NCBI GenBank assembly: GCA_963555995.3
Contig: OY821641.1
Coordinates: 1,312,001-1,376,000 of the forward strand
Direction: 5' to 3'
Source: Vicinamibacteria bacterium
GTDB taxonomy: Bacteria > Acidobacteriota > Vicinamibacteria > Marinacidobacterales > Marinacidobacteraceae
Length of the DNA: 64,000 nt
Shown here: positions 61,075 to 64,000 of the stretch, in pieces
Layout: the number at the start of each line of letters is the position of its first letter
How positions within the stretch are numbered: position 1 is the stretch's first letter
Made by a program: the position numbers and the translations under genes
The notes under the pieces: generated by a model
What the model saw: the letters and a program-made list of their open reading frames with translations, nothing else
Told to the model about the DNA's origin: nothing
Database searches by the model: none

Positions 61075-62997
61075 ATGAAACGAATTCCCTTTTCCGTCTC
61101 TCTCTGCCTGCTGGCGGCCCTGGCCGTCGCCGCCAGCGCCGCCGCCCGGCCGCAGAAACCCGTCCTGCACGGGAAGCACTGGATGGCGATCACCGGCAAG
61201 CCGCTGGGCGCGACCGCCGGCGCCATGATCTTCAACCAGGGTGGCAACGCCGTGGACGCCGCCTGCGCCATGCTGGGCGCCACCGCGACCATGTTCGACG
61301 CCCTGAGCTGGGGCGGCGAGACCCAGGCGCTGATCTGGCATCCCGAGCAGAAGAAGGTGATCGGGATCAACGCCCTCGGCGTCGCGCCCACCGGCGCCAC
61401 GCCGGCCTACTTCAGGGAGCAGGGGATGGACTACCCGCCCAGCGTCGGCCCGCTCGCCGCGGTGACTCCCGGGACTCCGGGCGGCCTCCTGACGATGCTC
61501 GCCGAGTACGGCACGATGTCCCTCGCGCAGGTGCTCGCGCCGTCCATCCAGATGGCCGACGGCTATCCCATCGAGGCCTCCGCGGCCCGCGGGATCCAGC
61601 GGGGCGCCGACCGGATCGCCGAGTGGCCGTATTCGCGCCGGACCCTGCTCCCGCACCGCGACGAACGCTCGGCGTCCTCGGGACCGCAGGACGAGACGGG
61701 GAACTACTGGGACCGCGAGGACTCCTCGACGCGCGCGTTCAGCGCCGGCGGCCCGCGCCCGGGCGAGGTCTTCCGGCAGCCCGAACTCGCCGACACCCTC
61801 AGCAAACTGGTGGACGCCGAGGCCGAGGCGCTCGCCGCCGGCAAGAGCCGGAAGGAGGCGATCTACGCCGCCTACGACCGCTTCTACAAGGGCGACATCG
61901 CCGAGGAGCTCGCCCGCGGCACCCAGGAGCAGGGCGGCCTCATCACCACCGAGGACCTCGCGAACTGGAAGGTCCACATCGAAGAGCCCGTTTCCACCAA
62001 CTACAAGGGCATCGAGGTCTACAAGCTGACCCACTGGGTGCAGGGGCCGGTGCTGCTCCAGGCGCTGAACATCCTGGAGCCCTTCGACCTGAAGGGGATG
62101 GGCTACAACAGCTCCCGCTACATCCACACCCTCTACCAGGCGATCAGCCTGTCGTTCGCCGACCGGGACTTCTACTACGGCGATCCCTATTTCCCGCCCG
62201 AGGAGCCGATCCGGGGCCTGCTCTCGAAGGACTACGCCCGGCACCGCGCCGAACGCATCCTGGAAGACCGGAACGACCCGACGATTGGTCCCGGAGACCC
62301 GTATCCGTTCCAGGGCGGGGAGAACCCGTTTGCCGAGTACCTGGACCAGTTCTCGGGAACCTCGGGGACACCCACCACCGAGGAAGAACGCGAGGAGTTC
62401 CTCGAGGGGTTCCTCGCCGGCACCACCTCGATCCAGGCCGCGGACGCCGAGGGCTGGGTGGTTTCGGTGACGCCGAGCGGCGGCTGGCTGCCGGCGGTGC
62501 TCGCCGGTGAGACCGGAATCGGGCTCAGCCAGCGGATGCAGAGCTTCGTGCTCGATGCGGCGATGAACCCGTACAACGTGCTGGAGCCCGGGAAGCGGCC
62601 GCGGGCCACCCTGACGCCGAGCCTCGCGCTCCGGGACGGGGAACCGTTCCTGTCGTTCGCGGTCCAGGGCGGCGACGGCCAGGACCAGAACCTGTTGCAG
62701 TTCTTCCTGAACGTGGTCGAGTTCGGCATGAACGTGCAGGAGGCCGCCGAGGCCGCCAATTTCAACAGCTACCAGCTCCGCAGTTCCTTCGGCGCCCACG
62801 AGTCGGAGCCGGGTTCGATGCTGCTGAACGACAGGGTCCCCGATTGGATCCGCGAGGAGCTGATCGGGATGGGCTATTCGCTCCGGTTCGCGCCGCGGAC
62901 CTCGGGGCCCATCAACGCCATCTGGTTCGACCGCGAGCACGGCACCTTCTGGGGCGGCTCGAGCCACCATGGCGACGACTACGGAGTGGCATGGTGA
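61075..62997 (+). CDS. ggt: Gamma-glutamyltranspeptidase family protein, secreted
   Basis: GGNAVDAA, FYKGDIA, ADRDFYYGDP, GTTS nucleophile, PGKRPRATLTP, GGDGQDQ; CACAAT 7 nt upstream of ATG. Confidence 0.9.
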   Translation: MKRIPFSVSLCLLAALAVAASAAARPQKPVLHGKHWMAITGKPLGATAGAMIFNQGGNAVDAACAMLGATATMFDALSWGGETQALIWHPEQKKVIGINALGVAPTGATPAYFREQGMDYPPSVGPLAAVTPGTPGGLLTMLAEYGTMSLAQVLAPSIQMADGYPIEASAARGIQRGADRIAEWPYSRRTLLPHRDERSASSGPQDETGNYWDREDSSTRAFSAGGPRPGEVFRQPELADTLSKLVDAEAEALAAGKSRKEAIYAAYDRFYKGDIAEELARGTQEQGGLITTEDLANWKVHIEEPVSTNYKGIEVYKLTHWVQGPVLLQALNILEPFDLKGMGYNSSRYIHTLYQAISLSFADRDFYYGDPYFPPEEPIRGLLSKDYARHRAERILEDRNDPTIGPGDPYPFQGGENPFAEYLDQFSGTSGTPTTEEEREEFLEGFLAGTTSIQAADAEGWVVSVTPSGGWLPAVLAGETGIGLSQRMQSFVLDAAMNPYNVLEPGKRPRATLTPSLALRDGEPFLSFAVQGGDGQDQNLLQFFLNVVEFGMNVQEAAEAANFNSYQLRSSFGAHESEPGSMLLNDRVPDWIREELIGMGYSLRFAPRTSGPINAIWFDREHGTFWGGSSHHGDDYGVAW

Positions 62998-64000
62998 TGA
63001 CTGATCGAGCCTTTTCACGCCGCGCGGCGGCGCTCTTCGCCGCCTTCCTGATCGTTCCGGCGATCGCGTTCGCCCAGGCCGGGAGCGAGGAGGGGGCGCC
63101 CGCTTCGCTCACCGTCTCGCCCGAGGAGATCACCCTCACCGCCGGAGAAACCGCGCAGATCAAGGCGACCGTGCTGGACGAGGACGGCAACGAGATGGAG
63201 GCGGAGTTCCTCTACCTGCCGCTCTACGGCCAGTTCTGGAACCTCGAGATGCGCACCTGGGGGTTCAACATCTTCAAGGTGTCGCGGGAGGGGGAGGTAT
63301 CAACCCGGCGGCCCGGCGAGTACTCCGTCATGGTGCGGGTCGTGGGCTCCGGCCCGGATCCGTCGGCGCGGAATTCGGACGCCGAGGGGTACCTGGAGCA
63401 GCGGATCCCGCTGACCATCCTGCCGCGTCCCGTTGCCACGCTGAACGTCACCGCCGAAGGGCCCCTGTATGCCGGCACCGAGGTGGCGGTGCGCGCGGAG
63501 CCCGTGGATGACACGGGGACGCTCGTGGAAGGGCTGGACGTCACCTGGGCGTCCTCCGACGACGGGGTCGCCATGCCGATCGCGCGCCCGCCCACGATCG
63601 AGCGGACCCGAACCCGGGGGATGCTCGCGCTGGGTGCGGCGGGACCGGTGACCGTCACCGCGACGGCCGCGGCCGCCACCGCCGAAATGGCGCTCCAGGT
63701 GGCTCCGAACCCGGTTGCGAACCTGAAGTTGATCCCGGACCGGAGCACGGCCCGGACCGGAGACGTGACCCACCTGAACGTGACCATGACCGACGCGTCT
63801 GGCGAGACGCTCGAAGACGTCCCCGTCGGCTTCAGCGTTTCGGCGATGACCGACGCGATGGGCATGGGCGGTCCCTCCTCGGGGCTCATCACCCAGGACG
63901 GCCGCTTTGTCGCCGATCTGCCGGGCGTCTATACGGTGGTGGCCCGCACCGGGCAGGTGTCCGCCTCGACCGTGATCCGGGTCGCCGAGCGCGGCGTCCG
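62997..64000 (+). CDS. Secreted Ig-like (Big_2-type) repeat protein, partial (runs off window)
   Basis: ATG overlaps the ggt stop; MTDRAFSRRAAALFAAFLIVPAIAFAQ signal; SLTVSPEEITLTAGETAQIKATVLD, VTWASSD; open to the end; absent from ORF track. Confidence 0.75.
   Translation, partial: MTDRAFSRRAAALFAAFLIVPAIAFAQAGSEEGAPASLTVSPEEITLTAGETAQIKATVLDEDGNEMEAEFLYLPLYGQFWNLEMRTWGFNIFKVSREGEVSTRRPGEYSVMVRVVGSGPDPSARNSDAEGYLEQRIPLTILPRPVATLNVTAEGPLYAGTEVAVRAEPVDDTGTLVEGLDVTWASSDDGVAMPIARPPTIERTRTRGMLALGAAGPVTVTATAAAATAEMALQVAPNPVANLKLIPDRSTARTGDVTHLNVTMTDASGETLEDVPVGFSVSAMTDAMGMGGPSSGLITQDGRFVADLPGVYTVVARTGQVSASTVIRVAERGV

Overview
GC-rich (roughly 70% by eye) bacterial window with about 45 protein genes and no rRNA, tRNA or CRISPR. 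Gene content suggests an Acidobacteriota-like organism, possibly a sponge symbiont (inference). Left to right: a small lower-GC islet (DUF6036-type nucleotidyltransferase pair plus a PD-(D/E)XK nuclease); a multiheme cytochrome c/TPR/CRTAC1-ASPIC-UnbV operon with a DedA protein and a flavoprotein disulfide reductase; housekeeping genes (rnhB, family-4 UDG, methylmalonyl-CoA mutase, rlpA); a Tat sulfite oxidase with a cytochrome c; and a PCYCGC-family gene with an in-frame TGA at a conserved Cys position followed 11 nt later by a SECIS-like hairpin (probable selenoprotein, truncated by the ORF track). The main feature is a dispersed sulfated-lipid/polyketide system at 28.2-57.1 kb. It comprises an alpha/beta hydrolase, a PPTase with a PptH-like hydrolase, an RND exporter, a monomodular type I PKS/FAS (KS-AT-DH-ER-KR-ACP), a B12 radical SAM enzyme and a reductase-sulfotransferase fusion (swf-type cluster), plus a broken RND remnant and a cysD/cysNC PAPS supply. 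About 14 REP-like palindromes, some paired as 156-bp REPIN/MITE-like units, are scattered through the window, one in frame inside a cytochrome gene. Several genes appear leaderless. All calls come from motif recognition by eye; no database searches were run.
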